Under the pieces are notes generated by a model. The model saw only the letters and a program-made list of their open reading frames with translations, had not been told where the DNA came from and ran no database searches. The translations under genes were made by a program, and so were the position numbers. DNA of 64,000 nt from Phoronis australis (lineage: Eukaryota; Animalia; Phoronida). The stretch spans positions 136,896 to 200,895 of the forward strand of contig NMRA01000083.1 of the NCBI GenBank assembly GCA_002633005.1. The letters run 5' to 3'. Shown one piece after another: positions 54,180-64,000 of the stretch. The stretch's first letter is position 1. Every line of letters begins with the position of its first letter.

Positions 54180-54927
54180 CTATAGCAGCATACTCAACAT
54201 TTCTGCCATTAACTGTCGTTTGTTACTCGGATCAAGGGCAATACAGTTATGAACGACAATAATCAAGTTGTTTACACAGGGTTTGGAATGACCAATGACA
54301 AAAAAGAGGAAAATTTTCCAGGTGATGTATCCTTCTACAAATAAATAGGCCTGTGTGATAGAATTTTTGTAGTGTTGTAAAATTTAACTGATTTAAATGT
54401 TTTTGCATGAATAAAGTCAAAATAATGATAAAAGAGAGACGAAAAAAGAAGAAACTAGAATTAAATTAGAGGAAATCAAAACCAGTCCAAACCCTGTTTA
54501 CATCATGCTGCTAAGTGCGCTGTACGTCTCTACATTGTAAAAAAGGGCAACATTCTACATTACTCTACACAGTGGACCATAGTGGTGGCATCATGAGAAT
54601 GCGCTAAGAGACAACAGCCGTTATGACGTGCAATGACACGCCGTTTTCAGCCAGAATTAAGCGGAAAAAACCTGCAAGCGGGATTGACCAATACGACACA
54701 GAAACATGCTTTGTCTGGTTTCTTTTGGCAAGAGCTTCAAATAATCAAAAATTTACCTAGTGTCAGAAACAGAGTAAATTTTTCTTAACCATAATTTTTT
54801 ANTGAAAGGACAGTGGTGGAAACATTGTTTATAGTTTCCCACAAATCAAAGCACCACAGATTTCCAATGCCACCAACAAAGAGTCCGGTGCACATACGGG
54901 CACAGAGTGATTTACATTTTCTTCCGT

Positions 54928-62234
<7,307 letters not shown>

Positions 62235-64000
62235 CTAAAATGTATGAGTTAATTAATTAGGAACCCTTCGTCACACTTACCACTTAGCACAGCTAAGCTT
62301 AACACTTTTCAACACAACTAATCACACACTATGTGCACACACGTCTAAATCAAATCCTAATCAGGACTAAGAGCCATTTTACGATATAACAGCAACGTGA
62401 TGAAATAAGTTTTGTAGCTAGATGGTAATAGGGTAGTTGGTAGACAGTGTTCTGCATTCTTGTATGGATCTATTCTGATACAGGGAGACATTTCCCAGGT
62501 TTTTTTTTTCTCTTTCTTTTTTCTTAGGTTTATTGCTATCCAAGTCGTCAAACTGCTACTGTTGTCAGGGCTTGACACTAACAGTAGCCCGATGGCCCGA
62601 CAGCAGGTAACTTTCCCAAATTGTCAAACATCTCAAAATGTCTCTGAACGAAAGAAACTGCACTTTGTCCTTCATCTATTTTGAACATAAGAATTAGAAA
62701 TTGGGTCAAGCAAAAGATAATAATAATAAAGTGGTATTAAACAGTATACATATAGCTTCCGCAGATTCACTTTCTCGAAGTTCTCTCATACACTTGGAAA
62801 AACACATACACTCTGTATAGGCAAACAATGGAACAGATGAAAACAAAACCTTCATTGAAAACACGACTAAACTTTTTGTTTGAAAATTTGATAGAGTCGC
62901 TCTAGTATCGAAACAATCTCTTTTCTTCAGGTGTGCAGCCATGTAGCAAAACACCAAGAGACATAACAAACAAACAAAGGAAAAAGGAAACTGTTTTGAC
63001 ACTACGAGCGACTCTGTATCAAGCTATCAAACAAAAAATTTAGTCATGTTTTCAACGAAGTTTGTGTTAACGAAGGGCTGCTACTGAACTACAATGATTT
63101 GAAAACAAAGAGAACCAAAATACATTACAGTAACAATTATCCAAGTTAAGAACGTGAAAAATGAATTACTTTGTTCGAAGACGAAGCTTGTCCCATATTT
63201 TAGAAATTGGCAATACTGGCTGCGCCAAATTCAAGAATCACCAAAAAGACGGCAAAAGTAACAATGTCTGAAATTTTGAAATTAATATGATGGCTGTGGT
63301 TTCACTTTTTATAAAAATACTTTGTAACACGTCACCAGTCAGAAACATCATTGACTTTAGACAGTTTAAGCAAGTTGAATTGGAGTTGTCCAAAACTACA
63401 AAGCCTATAGTACTGTATACACATAGTGTACCTAATTATCGGATGGAACCTAAATATCGGACATTTCATAAAATCTTACTTGAAGCATAATCTATGAATT
63501 AAATGACACCAATTTTTGTTCCGTTGTAATGCATTCAATGTCCGGCACTGTCTTGTTTTTTTTATATAGCGTTGCCTCGTTTTGATTTCACTGAGAGAGG
63601 GTGCAATTTAGACCCCCAAGTCCGCCTAAAATGGACGATCGCTAAATCGGTTACAAAAGTTGAAAATAAAACATTTTTCCACAATGAAACCATCTCATTG
63701 AACTGACAATATGTCACTGTTCCATTTTTTCATTTGTTTTTAAACTCAAGTCAAACCCCAACCGCGCACATGCGGGTGTCATGTCAAGAAGCCAAAGTGA
63801 TACTAAAAACTGCAGTGAGTTTGCACGTGCTTTAGTCGTCTGCACTAATTCATCGAAACGACTTGGCGCCGTCATCAGATTTTATTTTATGGATAATTTT
63901 GTTGCGAATGGACCTGTGTTCTAGCAGCATATATGTCAAAACACTGGAGCTGAAATTTGGCTACAAGGTGCCTGCGGCCATTACATGGTTAGTCAGTTTT

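Overview
Eukaryotic, intron-rich, AT-rich genomic DNA from an invertebrate animal (mollusc/lophotrochozoan-like repeat content; taxon not provable from sequence alone). Four spliced protein-coding genes can be reconstructed by hand with phase-consistent GT-AG junctions: (1) the 3' part of TBL2 (WD40) on + (262-7312); (2) a Rabaptin-5/RABEP1 orthologue with a C-terminal FYVE finger on - (about 51194-13199, N-terminal exons lost at an N break); (3) a two-coding-exon leucine-rich-repeat gene on + nested antisense inside the 13-kb RABEP1 intron (24573-28323); (4) SMARCB1/SNF5 on - (62234-54928, first exon not found in the window). Two of the three single-N breaks (40017, 54802; the third is 49880) are flanked by near-identical duplicated blocks that look like two haplotypes placed in tandem; comparing them exposes a polymorphic MITE insertion and a variable minisatellite. 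Introns contain decayed LINEs, MITEs, tRNA-like SINE heads, a TA-flanked TIR element carrying a frameshifted HIRAN-like ORF, and local duplications of exon ends including their splice donors. No CRISPR array or prokaryotic system is present. All family assignments are by motif recognition, not database search.
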